Assembly: GCA_043797815.1 (NCBI GenBank)
Contig: JAZDPG010000027.1
Location: 29,554-93,553, forward strand
Length of the DNA stretch: 64,000 nucleotides
Source of the DNA: Bacteroidota bacterium
GTDB lineage: Bacteria > Bacteroidota > Bacteroidia > Bacteroidales > GCA-2748055
Reading direction: 5' to 3'
A program made the translations under genes and the position numbers. The notes under the pieces are model-generated. The model was not told where the DNA came from. It searched no databases and saw nothing but the letters and a program-made list of their open reading frames with translations. Position 1 is the stretch's first letter. The number at the start of each line of letters is the position of its first letter. Below are positions 54,235-63,629 of the stretch, piece by piece.

Positions 54235-54250
54235 ATCCAATTTTGAAACA

Positions 54251-55402
54251 TTAATACCACCTGGCAGTGGTGATCACCTTTAAAATGTGGTGGGCGGCCT
54301 GACCGTCGCCAAAGACCGGGGGGTAGCTTGCGGGAGGTGTTTCCATAAACCTCCGTGCAGCTTCTGCGATCCGGTGGGTGTCGGCGCCGGCCAGTATCCC
54401 GTTGCCGGCTTCAATAATCTCCACCCATTCGGTCTCCTCCCGGAGAACAACAACGGGCTTTTCCATAAACCAGGCCTCTTTCTGTACGCCACCGGAGTCG
54501 GTCAGGATAAGCCTGGCGCCCGCCTCCAGGCGGATCATATCCATGAAGGATACGGCCGGGATAAACCTGACCAGTCCCTCTGGTGCAGCAATGCCGTTTT
54601 CATCGGTCAGGTCCTCCTGGTTCAGGATCTTCCTTGTGCGCGGATGCATGGGCAGGATGACCGGGATACGGTGCTCTTCTGCCACCTTTTCAAGGGCGGA
54701 CAGGATGCCGAGCAGGTTCTCTTTCACATCGGTGTTGGAGGGCCTGTGGATGGTGGCAAGTACATAAGGTTTCCGGTCCAGTTCCAGTTCCTTTAAAATG
54801 GTGGATTGCTTCAGGGCGGCCTCCCTGAAAAAGAGTGTGTTGTCATACATCACATCCCCGCTGTAATAGACCCCCTGGCGGTCGAATGAAAGTGTTTCCC
54901 CTTCATGGTGGATGATCCCTTCCTCCTTCAGGTTGTTTACTCCTGTCATGGTTGGCGAAAACAGGAGGGTACTCACATGGTCGCTGGTGATCCGGTTGAT
55001 CTCCTCCGGCATCTGTTTGTTAAAGGAACGAAGTCCGGCTTCAATATGGATGACAGGAATGTGGAGTTTGGCTGCAGCCAGGGCACCCGCCAGGGTTGAG
55101 TTGGTATCACCGTAAAGAACAACACCCTGTGGTTTCTCTTCCAGAATGGTCTTCTCAATTCCTTCAATCATCTGACCGGTCTGGGAACCGTGGGAAGCGG
55201 AACCAACCCCCAGGTGATACCTGGGCGGGGGAATCTTCATTTCCCTGAAAAACACATCCGACATGGAATCATCGTAATGCTGGCCTGTATGCAGGATCAC
55301 CTCCTCCACATGGTCGCTGAAACCGGCTTCGATGGCCCTGCTCAGGGCAGCGGCCTTTATGATCTGGGGTCTGGCCCCCACAATGGTGAGTATTCGGATC
55401 AT
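54251..55402 (-). CDS. wecB: UDP-N-acetylglucosamine 2-epimerase (non-hydrolysing)
   Basis: The ORF is open to 55411, and the likely start is ATG 55402 (MIRILTIVGARPQIIKAAAL..). It contains ..LHTGQHYD.. and ..VLYGDTNSTLAGALAA.. motifs. Confidence 0.9.
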   Translation of the reverse strand: MIRILTIVGARPQIIKAAALSRAIEAGFSDHVEEVILHTGQHYDDSMSDVFFREMKIPPPRYHLGVGSASHGSQTGQMIEGIEKTILEEKPQGVVLYGDTNSTLAGALAAAKLHIPVIHIEAGLRSFNKQMPEEINRITSDHVSTLLFSPTMTGVNNLKEEGIIHHEGETLSFDRQGVYYSGDVMYDNTLFFREAALKQSTILKELELDRKPYVLATIHRPSNTDVKENLLGILSALEKVAEEHRIPVILPMHPRTRKILNQEDLTDENGIAAPEGLVRFIPAVSFMDMIRLEAGARLILTDSGGVQKEAWFMEKPVVVLREETEWVEIIEAGNGILAGADTHRIAEAARRFMETPPASYPPVFGDGQAAHHILKVITTARWY

Positions 55403-55480
55403 GGCCATCAAAATTAGCGGTTTAAAATCAATCTCTGAAGCTTTTTCTATCTTTGTTGGAGATTAACGGATGGAGGCTGA

Positions 55481-57058
55481 ATGGAGAAAAAATATGATTA
55501 CCTGGTAATTGGGTCCGGTCTGGGGGGCTTAAGCTTTGCGCTGAAGGTGGCTGAACACGGATCGGTATGTGTGATCACCAAATCAGAATTGGAGGAAACC
55601 AATACCCGGTATGCACAGGGAGGGATCGCTGCAGTTACTTACAAACCCGACAGTCCGGAGAAACATGTGGAGGATACACTGGTGGCGGGTGACCACCTGT
55701 GCAACGAAGAAGTGGTGAAAATGGTGGTGGAAGAGGGACCGGCCCAGATCAGTGAACTGATCCGATGGGGGACCAAGTTTGACAAGGAGTCTGATGGAAA
55801 GTATGAACTGGCCCGGGAGGGTGGCCATTCCGAACACAGGATCCTTCATCACAAGGACAATACGGGTCAGGAGATTCAACGTGCTCTTTCACGGGAAATA
55901 AGGAATCATCCAAGCATCGATGTGCTGGAGAAACATTTTGCCGTGGATCTGATCACCCAGCACCACCTGGGGAAATTGGTTAAAAGGTACATGACCGACA
56001 TTGAATGCTATGGTGCCTATGTTTTGAACCTGGAGACTGAAAAGGTCTTCCGGATTCTCTCGAAAACCACGCTCCTCGCCTCCGGTGGAGCCGGGCATAT
56101 CTATTCAACCACCACCAATCCGCCCATTGCCACAGGTGATGGTATTGCCATGGTTTACCGGGCGAAGGGGATTATCGAGAACATGGAGTTTATCCAGTTT
56201 CATCCCACATCGCTATACAATCCGGGAGAAAGCCCTTCATTCCTGATCACCGAAGCCATGCGGGGCTACGGGGGAATCCTGAAGAATCAGCTGGGGGAAG
56301 AGTTCATGAACAGGTATGATGAGCGGGGCAGCATGGCACCCAGGGATATCGTGGCCAGGGCCATTGACAATGAAATGAAGATCCATGGTCACGACTTTGT
56401 CTATCTGGATGTTACGCACATGGAGGAGAAGGCCCTGAAAAAACACTTTCCAAACATTACCGAGAAGTGCCTTTCAGTGGGAATCGACATTGCAAAGGAT
56501 CTGATCCCTGTGGTACCGGCTGCCCACTATGTTTGCGGAGGAATCAAGGTTGACATGGACGGACAGACCTGGATCAAAAGGCTCTATGCAGTGGGGGAGG
56601 TCTCCTCCACCGGACTCCACGGGGCCAACCGGCTGGCCTCCAATTCACTGATCGAAGCCATTGTTTATGCGGACAGGGCCGCCAGGCATGCCATGGCCCA
56701 TTCGGGCACTTATACCTTCGCCCTGGGAATCCCCGAATGGGACGACAGCGGAACCACCCATCCCGAAGAGATGGTCCTGATCACCCAGAACCGTAAGGAG
56801 GTGCAGCAGATCATGACAAATTATGTGGGTATCGTCCGGTCCGATCTTCGGCTGGAACGGGCCGCAGTGCGGCTGGAGATCATTAACCGGGAGACGGAGG
56901 CGCTTTATAAAAAGTCCAGGCTCTCCCTGCGTATCTGCCAGTTGCGCAACATGATCAATGTGGGTTACCTCGTGATCAAAATGGCACAGGCCCGGAAAGA
57001 GAGCAGGGGACTTCATTACACCCTGGACTATCCCAGGAAGAGCAATGATATCTTTTAA
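55481..57058 (+). CDS. nadB: L-aspartate oxidase
   Basis: 525-aa ORF with the FAD fold ..YDYLVIGSGLGGLS.., ..YAQGGIAA.., ..HPT.. and ..GLHGANRLASNSLIEA... Confidence 0.9.
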   Translation: MEKKYDYLVIGSGLGGLSFALKVAEHGSVCVITKSELEETNTRYAQGGIAAVTYKPDSPEKHVEDTLVAGDHLCNEEVVKMVVEEGPAQISELIRWGTKFDKESDGKYELAREGGHSEHRILHHKDNTGQEIQRALSREIRNHPSIDVLEKHFAVDLITQHHLGKLVKRYMTDIECYGAYVLNLETEKVFRILSKTTLLASGGAGHIYSTTTNPPIATGDGIAMVYRAKGIIENMEFIQFHPTSLYNPGESPSFLITEAMRGYGGILKNQLGEEFMNRYDERGSMAPRDIVARAIDNEMKIHGHDFVYLDVTHMEEKALKKHFPNITEKCLSVGIDIAKDLIPVVPAAHYVCGGIKVDMDGQTWIKRLYAVGEVSSTGLHGANRLASNSLIEAIVYADRAARHAMAHSGTYTFALGIPEWDDSGTTHPEEMVLITQNRKEVQQIMTNYVGIVRSDLRLERAAVRLEIINRETEALYKKSRLSLRICQLRNMINVGYLVIKMAQARKESRGLHYTLDYPRKSNDIF

Positions 57059-58065
57059 TCCCAGAAAGACCCTGGATCCCCCGGCCTGATTTCACCATAC
57101 TTGTCCCGGAGCTGTTCCAGGATTTCCATGATCTCATTCACATCAAGGGAAGTGAGGAGCTTCAGCCGGGTCTCCTTAAAATGGGGGAGGCCCTTGAAAT
57201 AGTTTGAGAAATGCCGGCGCATCTCAAAGATCCCCACCGGTTCTGATTTGAACTCCAGCGATTTCTCAAACTGAAGTTTCGCCATATCCACCTTCTCCGA
57301 AACAGTGGGGCCGGGCAGCAACTCCCCGTTCTCCAGGTAGTGCCTTGTCTGGCGGAATAACCAGGGCTTGCCCACGGCTGCCCTCCCGATCATAATCCCG
57401 TCCACTCCATACCTGTCGAAGGCCTCCCTGGCTTCCACCGGGTTGGTGATATCGCCGTTTCCGATGATGGGGATGTTCATCCGCGGATTGTTTTTCACCT
57501 CTCCGATCAGGGTCCAGTCGGCCGATCCTTTGTACATCTGTGCACGGGTCCGGCCATGAATGGTCAGCGCACTGATGCCCTGGTCCTGGAGCTGCTCAGC
57601 CACATCCACAATGATCTTGTGCTGCTCATCCCATCCCAGCCTTGTTTTCACCGTGACAGGAACAGTTGAGGCCCTCACAATGGCACGGGTCATCTCCATC
57701 ATCAGGGGGATGTTGGCCAGCATTCCCGCACCGGCTCCGCGGTTGGCAATCTTGCGGACCGGACAGCCAAAGTTGATATCGATCATTTCGGGATTTGAGT
57801 CGAGTGCCCTGTGTGTGGCATCGACCATGGACTCAACGATATGCCCGTAAAGCTGGATACCCATGGGCCTTTCATCATCGAAAATATCGAGCTTTCTGAC
57901 ACTCTTTTCACCATCCCGGATCAAGCCGTCGGAGGAGATAAATTCTGTATACATGACATCCGCTCCATACCGCTTGCACAGGTGTCTGAACGAAGGGTCG
58001 GTGATATCCTCCATGGGGGCCAGAAACAGGGGCTCGTGGCCCAGGTCCAGTTCAGCAATTTTCAT
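57055..58065 (-). CDS. dusB: tRNA dihydrouridine synthase
   Basis: The ORF is open to 58083. The likely start is ATG 58065, which forms an ATGA overlap with the upstream stop. It contains ..LAPMEDITD..FR.., ..DINFGCP..K....GAG.. and ..LTIHGRT... Confidence 0.85.
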   Translation of the reverse strand: MKIAELDLGHEPLFLAPMEDITDPSFRHLCKRYGADVMYTEFISSDGLIRDGEKSVRKLDIFDDERPMGIQLYGHIVESMVDATHRALDSNPEMIDINFGCPVRKIANRGAGAGMLANIPLMMEMTRAIVRASTVPVTVKTRLGWDEQHKIIVDVAEQLQDQGISALTIHGRTRAQMYKGSADWTLIGEVKNNPRMNIPIIGNGDITNPVEAREAFDRYGVDGIMIGRAAVGKPWLFRQTRHYLENGELLPGPTVSEKVDMAKLQFEKSLEFKSEPVGIFEMRRHFSNYFKGLPHFKETRLKLLTSLDVNEIMEILEQLRDKYGEIRPGDPGSFWD

Positions 58066-59447
58066 GCTTCCATTGTTTTCCACCGTGAAACCATCTGAGC
58101 TCCGGTGAATGATTTGAAACCGGCTGCCGTAAGATGTTCCAGGATTTGCCGGTATTTGGGCCCCACACCCCTGTACTCCTCTTCATCCAGTGTGCTGTTG
58201 TGCCACAGAAGCGAAAACAAGCCATGAAACCTGGACACCTCTGTCAGGACCGGCTGAATAGCTTCCATGAGCGATTCAACGGGGACCGACATATATTCCA
58301 GCAGTGTCGTATCCATCACATTTAACGGGATCTGCCATATATCCATGGGACGGTGCTCATGAAAATCATACAGCCTGAAAGGGAAGGCGTAGGAATTCCT
58401 GAATCCGATGCATTCGGCAAATCCAAGCGTTGTGTCATAGGTGAGTCCGGCCGATATCTGGATCCCGGGTGTGGTCCGGATGTTGAACTTCAGGAAGTGT
58501 TGCCTGATTCCTGAAACCGGATGGGCAGTCACCCGGTTCAGCCTTTTGATTCCCTCTGCCATGGCCAGGATGTCCGTGCTGCTTTCCCGTGTGCCATGAA
58601 TTCCAATTTCATGTTCCGGCTGCTTGATTTGCCGGAGGAGGACAGCGATTTTGGGATCCCCGAAGTGATACCGGGAATTGCCGTTTCCGGTTTTTTCCAG
58701 AAAATACCAGGAAGAGGAGATCCGGTATTCTTTTTCCATGGCCAGCAGGTCCTCGAAGTTCCAGTAAGGATCTTTCCGGAACAGAAAGGTGCCTCTGGCA
58801 TAGAAGAGGAAAGACCTCCATTTTTTAGCAAAGCTCCTGCCGGATGGTTTGAGTCCCGCCAGCTGCAAGCCCACATAAACCAGTTCACGAAGGGAATACT
58901 TCCGGATCCTGTCCACATCATGGGAGAGGAGCAGCACGGGCTGCTCCAGTTTCACCCTTTTAAACGGCAGATGGTTCAGGCTGCAATAGGTTTCAAGTGC
59001 ATCAAGGATGATCTCGAAATAGTAGTTCACCACTGGTTTTCCGGTGAACCCCAGCCTGTATTGGATCGATTCGTGCCAGGGGAAGCGGCCATGTGTATCG
59101 GGCATGTAATCAAGATATTCCTGGATTCCGGAAAGCAGGTAAAAGGCACTTTTAAGAATATCATGGTTAAAGCGGATCCCTTTTTCTTTAACTGCGTACC
59201 AGGCCTTCGACCGGGACAGGGGGAACAAGACGGGAACTTCCTCAATGAAGAACACCTTCTCTGTATCAAGGGGCAGACCGGACTGAGGCATACAGAAGGA
59301 TGCTGCATCTGTCTCTTTCTCCTCTGTCACCAGGATTGAATTCAGGTCAGGGCCGGAATAGTGGTGACCCAGGTGATAGCTTAGGTACCGAATAGCTGAT
59401 GGCGGCAGCTTCCGGTCCATGCTGATTTCTTGATCCCCCGGTTGCAT
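58062..59447 (-). CDS. hypothetical protein, possibly polysaccharide-deacetylase-like
   Basis: 461-aa maximal ORF with an alternative start at ATG 59420. ..VLLLSHDVDRI.. and ..EIGIHGT.. faintly recall the Asp-Asp and His motifs of the CE4 deacetylase-like fold. The functional assignment is weak. Confidence 0.55.
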   Translation of the reverse strand: MQPGDQEISMDRKLPPSAIRYLSYHLGHHYSGPDLNSILVTEEKETDAASFCMPQSGLPLDTEKVFFIEEVPVLFPLSRSKAWYAVKEKGIRFNHDILKSAFYLLSGIQEYLDYMPDTHGRFPWHESIQYRLGFTGKPVVNYYFEIILDALETYCSLNHLPFKRVKLEQPVLLLSHDVDRIRKYSLRELVYVGLQLAGLKPSGRSFAKKWRSFLFYARGTFLFRKDPYWNFEDLLAMEKEYRISSSWYFLEKTGNGNSRYHFGDPKIAVLLRQIKQPEHEIGIHGTRESSTDILAMAEGIKRLNRVTAHPVSGIRQHFLKFNIRTTPGIQISAGLTYDTTLGFAECIGFRNSYAFPFRLYDFHEHRPMDIWQIPLNVMDTTLLEYMSVPVESLMEAIQPVLTEVSRFHGLFSLLWHNSTLDEEEYRGVGPKYRQILEHLTAAGFKSFTGAQMVSRWKTMEA

Positions 59448-59505
59448 GGTGATAAATCTTGTAGGTTTTAAAGATTCAAATTGCTTTCTTTGTGCTCTTC
59501 GAGCG

Positions 59506-60468
59506 ATGCAAAATTACGAAAAAAGGCCAGCACTTCTTGCCGGGTTGAAACCAGGTGAAAAATTCATGTTCGCTGTGGTGATTCTCTTCATCCTCGGACT
59601 GGCATTCCAATTTCTGGGAGCATTTCTGGCCGGATGGATCTATGGATTTCATGTAAAGGAGATTCTGTCACTGGGGACTTTCGACGATCCGAGTTATGTG
59701 GCGGCGTCCAAATTGATTCAGATTCTCGGGTCCGTGGGTACTTTTATCGTTCCGGCACTCCTTTTTTCCTATCTCTTTGCGGGAGACCTGTTTTCCTATT
59801 ACCGCTTCCGTCAACCGGTCAGTCTGTTGGCCATTCTGCTTACAGTGGGCATGATGGTCTCTGTGATCCCGCTGATCAATTACCTGGCCGAGATCAACAT
59901 GAGAATGGAATTTCCCCTGGAGTCGGTGAACCGGTTTTTAAGAGCCCTGGAGGGGGAGGCTGAGAAAATCATGCGGGCTTTTACGGCTACCCGTTCTTTC
60001 GGGGGATTGATAATCAACCTGCTGATGATTGGTGTACTAGCCGCTGTTGGGGAAGAACTGATTTTCCGTGGACTGCTCCAGCGGCTGCTGACAGGCATTG
60101 TGAAAAGTCCACACGTCGCCATTGTGATCACTGCCCTGCTTTTCAGTGCGTTTCATTTCCAGTTTTTCTCCTTCCTTCCACGCTTTATACTGGGGATCAT
60201 ACTGGGTTACCTGATGTACCTGGGCCGGTCCATCTGGTTTCCCATCACCGCCCATTTCATAAACAATGCCATGGGTGTCATATACTACTATTTCAACTCA
60301 AGGGGGAGTGCCGACGACATGCTCGAGGAGATCGGTACAAGTACCATGATACCCATAGCCGCCCTGATCAGCATGTTGCTTTTTGTGGTATTCTTTGTGT
60401 TTTGGTATTACCGGATCAATGTGTCCGCTAACCGATCTCGCCCATACGGGGGGTCTGGAACAGGATAG
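59506..60468 (+). CDS. CPBP-family intramembrane glutamic endopeptidase (CAAX protease/Abi family)
   Basis: The ORF is open from 59446, and the likely start is ATG 59506. It carries the motifs ..AAVGEELIFRGLLQ.., ..LLFSAFHF.. and ..ITAHFINN... Confidence 0.8.
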   Translation: MQNYEKRPALLAGLKPGEKFMFAVVILFILGLAFQFLGAFLAGWIYGFHVKEILSLGTFDDPSYVAASKLIQILGSVGTFIVPALLFSYLFAGDLFSYYRFRQPVSLLAILLTVGMMVSVIPLINYLAEINMRMEFPLESVNRFLRALEGEAEKIMRAFTATRSFGGLIINLLMIGVLAAVGEELIFRGLLQRLLTGIVKSPHVAIVITALLFSAFHFQFFSFLPRFILGIILGYLMYLGRSIWFPITAHFINNAMGVIYYYFNSRGSADDMLEEIGTSTMIPIAALISMLLFVVFFVFWYYRINVSANRSRPYGGSGTG

Positions 60469-61162
60469 GGTTGTTCATTTCACTCTTCCTGAATACATAG
60501 ACAAGTCCATATTCGGACGATTTCTCCCTTCGCAGCTCTTCGGGCAGGTCATTGAAAGTATCCTCCACTTCATTCCAGATCTGTTGAATCACATTATCCA
60601 CCTGTGCCCGCTGAGCATTCAGCTGGTCCTGTGCCCGCTGGCTCCGGTTCTTCAGGCTTTTCTGGTAGTTGTGGTATTCCATGAATTTGTCGAAGTGGAC
60701 CTTCAGAACGGCGATGGTGGGATTGGTAATGGGGCTCAGGCCCTTGTCGCGTCTTTTATGTTCACCGTCGATCAGCTGCTGTCCCCATTCAATTACCTCC
60801 TCCTCAGAGTTGAGGGAAGGAACCTTTTTCTCCTCATCATCCAGCCCAAAATAGGAGCGGGTCTCAGGTACCAGATCACCCCGGGAAATGGCCATGTTCA
60901 CTACCTGGATAAAATGGGAAATATAGAGCCGTACCTTCCTGAGTCTTTTTTGATACTCCTTGTTTTTTTCCGTTTGGATGTTCAGGGAATTCCTGTGCTC
61001 ATAAATGGCGTTTTCAAATCCCGGAATCACGGACTGCATCTTTCTCAGGGTAGAGGCGCTGAAGGCCAGTTTGAAGGGTGGGAGGTCTTTCCCTTTTTCG
61101 TAGGCTGACTTGAGCGACTTTAACCGGGCGGAATCGGTGTTGGGAAGGCGGCGGTATGGCAT
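60428..61162 (-). CDS. hypothetical protein (charged, helical; function unknown)
   Basis: 244-aa ORF (MPYRRLPNTDSARLKSLKSAYEKGKD..). Its composition is protein-like, unlike the 241-aa ORF on the opposite strand. Its 3' end overlaps the CPBP gene by 41 nt. Confidence 0.6.
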   Translation of the reverse strand: MPYRRLPNTDSARLKSLKSAYEKGKDLPPFKLAFSASTLRKMQSVIPGFENAIYEHRNSLNIQTEKNKEYQKRLRKVRLYISHFIQVVNMAISRGDLVPETRSYFGLDDEEKKVPSLNSEEEVIEWGQQLIDGEHKRRDKGLSPITNPTIAVLKVHFDKFMEYHNYQKSLKNRSQRAQDQLNAQRAQVDNVIQQIWNEVEDTFNDLPEELRREKSSEYGLVYVFRKSEMNNPILFQTPRMGEIG

Positions 61163-61426
61163 GTTGGTAAAATTGTTAAAAAGGGGTTGAAAAATTGCCT
61201 GGTCCGTGCGAATATATGAATATATTTTTATTTTTTTACGCTATTCGCATATTTTTACGTTATGTGAATGAAAAAGTTACAGGAAAAGCAGTGTATTCGG
61301 GGGAATCCGGGAGCTATGTTCTGTTTGTGATGTACAACATCTGTTTTTGCGAAACATGATTATCACAGATTATGAACGTTTGTCAAAAAATGGGGCTACT
61401 TTTGGCACAAATAAATTCCAAAGCAT

Positions 61427-62815
61427 ATGTTTCCAAAAGAAGTTTACCTGAAAAGAAGAAAACTCTTGCGCGAACTGTCGGTTGAAGGATTGATTCTGAT
61501 CGCAGGCAACAGTGAAAGTGCCATGAATTACAGGGACAATACCTATCATTTCAGGCAGGACAGCAGTTTCCTCTATTTTTTCGGAATCAACAAGCCAGGC
61601 TTCCATGGCATTTGTGATACAGTTTCGGGAGTGGACACTTTGTACGGGAATGACTTTGAAATGGGAGACATCATCTGGATGGGAGAACAGCCAAAGGTGA
61701 AAGAACTGGCTGCAGAAGTGGCAGTTGGGTCCACCAATACACTGGATGCACTGGGTGATGTGCTGAAGGCGGCGATCCGGTCGGGCAGAAAAATACATAT
61801 CCTTCCCACCTACCGGGGTGACCAGGTGATCACCCTGGCCGGACTGCTGGGGGTAAGCTGCGAAGAGGTGCAGAAATATGTGTCTGAGGAGCTCATCGGC
61901 GCAGTGGTCAGGCTTCGCGGTGTAAAGGATGCATATGAAATAGCTGAGATTGAAAGGGCACTGGAGGTGGCAGGGATCATGCACACCACTGCCATGAAGA
62001 TGGCTTTCCCGGGGAACTTTGAAAGGGAGCTGGCGGGCGCCATAGAAGGCATCGCGCTGTCGCACGGGGGACCTGTGGCCTTCCCGGTGATCCTGAGCAT
62101 GGACGGACAGACCCTGCACAACCATGGACATGGCAACGAACTGGTGAAAGGCCGTTTGGTGGTTTGCGATGCCGGGGCCGAAACAGACATGGGGTATGCC
62201 AGTGACATCACCAGGACATTTCCGGTCGGCGGGAAGTTCTCAACCATGCAGAAAGACATTTATAACATCGTCCTGGCGGCCAACACCCGCACCATCGAAG
62301 CAACTGTTCCCGGTGTCACATACAGGGAGGTGCACCTGATGGCTGCGAAGATCATCGCAGGCGGACTGAAGGATCTCGGGTTGATGAAGGGTGATTTGGA
62401 CGAGGCTGTCGCAGCGGGTGCACATGCGCTCTTCTTCCCTCACGGACTGGGTCACATGATGGGGCTTGATGTACACGATATGGAGAGTCTTGGGGAGAAT
62501 TTTGTAGGGTATACCGGTTCACTGAAAAGAAGCGACCAGTTCGGACTGGCCTACCTGAGGATGGGAAGAAAACTGGAGCCCGGGTTTGTGATCACCAATG
62601 AACCGGGTTGCTATTTTATTCCGGCCCTGATTGACCAGTGGAAAGCCGGGAAAAAGTTTGAACAGTTCATCAATTACAAGGCTGTTGAACCTTACCTGGG
62701 ATTTGGCGGTGTTCGCATCGAAGATGATGTGCTGATTACGGATACGGGCAGCCGGGTACTGGGCACTCCGATCCCCAAAACGGTCCGGGAGGTCGAGGCG
62801 ACCATGAACATCTAG
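61427..62815 (+). CDS. M24-family Xaa-Pro aminopeptidase
   Basis: 462-aa ORF showing the pita-bread fold metal ligand pattern: ..VVCDAGAE..GYASDITRTFPV.., ..HGLGHMMGLDVHD.., ..NEPGCYF.. and ..GGVRIEDDVLIT... Confidence 0.85.
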   Translation: MFPKEVYLKRRKLLRELSVEGLILIAGNSESAMNYRDNTYHFRQDSSFLYFFGINKPGFHGICDTVSGVDTLYGNDFEMGDIIWMGEQPKVKELAAEVAVGSTNTLDALGDVLKAAIRSGRKIHILPTYRGDQVITLAGLLGVSCEEVQKYVSEELIGAVVRLRGVKDAYEIAEIERALEVAGIMHTTAMKMAFPGNFERELAGAIEGIALSHGGPVAFPVILSMDGQTLHNHGHGNELVKGRLVVCDAGAETDMGYASDITRTFPVGGKFSTMQKDIYNIVLAANTRTIEATVPGVTYREVHLMAAKIIAGGLKDLGLMKGDLDEAVAAGAHALFFPHGLGHMMGLDVHDMESLGENFVGYTGSLKRSDQFGLAYLRMGRKLEPGFVITNEPGCYFIPALIDQWKAGKKFEQFINYKAVEPYLGFGGVRIEDDVLITDTGSRVLGTPIPKTVREVEATMNI

Positions 62816-62871
62816 ATACGGGATATCGTTGCCCCGCATAATTTCTTCGGGAAGTGAGCCTTAGAGTTTGA

Positions 62872-63609
62872 TCAGATGGTTGCCCGGTAATACTCCCGGT
62901 TCAGCCTGGCGATGTTGGACAGGGTGATCCCCTTGGGGCATTCAGCTTCACAGGCGCCCGTATTGGTACAGTTTCCAAATCCAAGTTCATCCATCTTGGC
63001 CACCATTCTGGAGACCCTTTCCATGGCCTCAATTTTACCCTGGGGCAAGAGGGTGAGGTGGGAAACCTTGGCACCCACAAACAGCATGGCTGATGCATTC
63101 TTACAGGCAGCCACGCATGCTCCGCAACCAATGCATGCGGCTGCATCCATGGCCAGATCCGCATTCTTCTTCCTGATGGGAATACTGTTTGCATCGGGAG
63201 CGCTTCCGGTATTAACGGAAATATAAGCCCCTTCCTGGATCAGTTTATCAAAGGCGGAACGGTCCACCATCAGGTCTTTGATTACCGGGAATGCCCGGGC
63301 CCGCCAGGGTTCGATCACAATGGTATCACCGTGTTTAAACTTGCGCATGTGGAGCTGGCAAACCGTGATCAGGGAATCGGGGCCATGGGGCCTTCCGTTG
63401 ATATACATGCCACAGGTTCCGCAGATTCCTTCCCTGCAGTCATGGTCAAATACCACCGGTTCCTCATTCCTGGCCACAAGCTGTTCGTTCAGTACATCCA
63501 GCATTTCCAGGAACGAGCTGTCGGGTGAAATATCCTGCAATTTATAATCAACAAATTTGCCCCTGCTTCGGGTATCCTTCTGACGCCAGATCTTCAGTTT
63601 CAGGTCCAT
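62872..63609 (-). CDS. sdhB: succinate dehydrogenase/fumarate reductase iron-sulfur subunit
   Basis: 245-aa ORF with three Cys clusters: ..[16 protein letters not shown].., ..[11 protein letters not shown].. and ..[15 protein letters not shown]... Confidence 0.9.
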   Translation of the reverse strand: MDLKLKIWRQKDTRSRGKFVDYKLQDISPDSSFLEMLDVLNEQLVARNEEPVVFDHDCREGICGTCGMYINGRPHGPDSLITVCQLHMRKFKHGDTIVIEPWRARAFPVIKDLMVDRSAFDKLIQEGAYISVNTGSAPDANSIPIRKKNADLAMDAAACIGCGACVAACKNASAMLFVGAKVSHLTLLPQGKIEAMERVSRMVAKMDELGFGNCTNTGACEAECPKGITLSNIARLNREYYRATI

Positions 63610-63629
63610 GATAAAAGGGTTATTCCTTG

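Noticed and set aside
58521-59339. 272-aa plus-strand ORF antisense to the 461-aa hypothetical gene.
   Set aside because: The minus-strand ORF is longer, is coupled to dusB by an ATGA overlap and has a more protein-like composition. Because the minus-strand protein is itself unassigned, this rejection is less secure than the others.
60383-61108. 241-aa plus-strand ORF mirroring the 244-aa minus-strand ORF.
   Set aside because: The plus-strand version would overlap the CPBP gene in the same direction for 86 nt. Its sequence is Leu/Gly/Phe/His-rich without structure-like periodicity. The minus-strand version is a typical charged helical protein. I flagged this for verification in the findings.
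61370-62131. 253-aa minus-strand ORF over the 5' half of the M24 aminopeptidase gene. Also the 230-aa minus-strand ORF at 48170-48862.
   Set aside because: Both are antisense to, or out of frame with, genes carrying clear catalytic motifs. Their translations are His/Cys/Pro/Ser-rich and unrecognisable.
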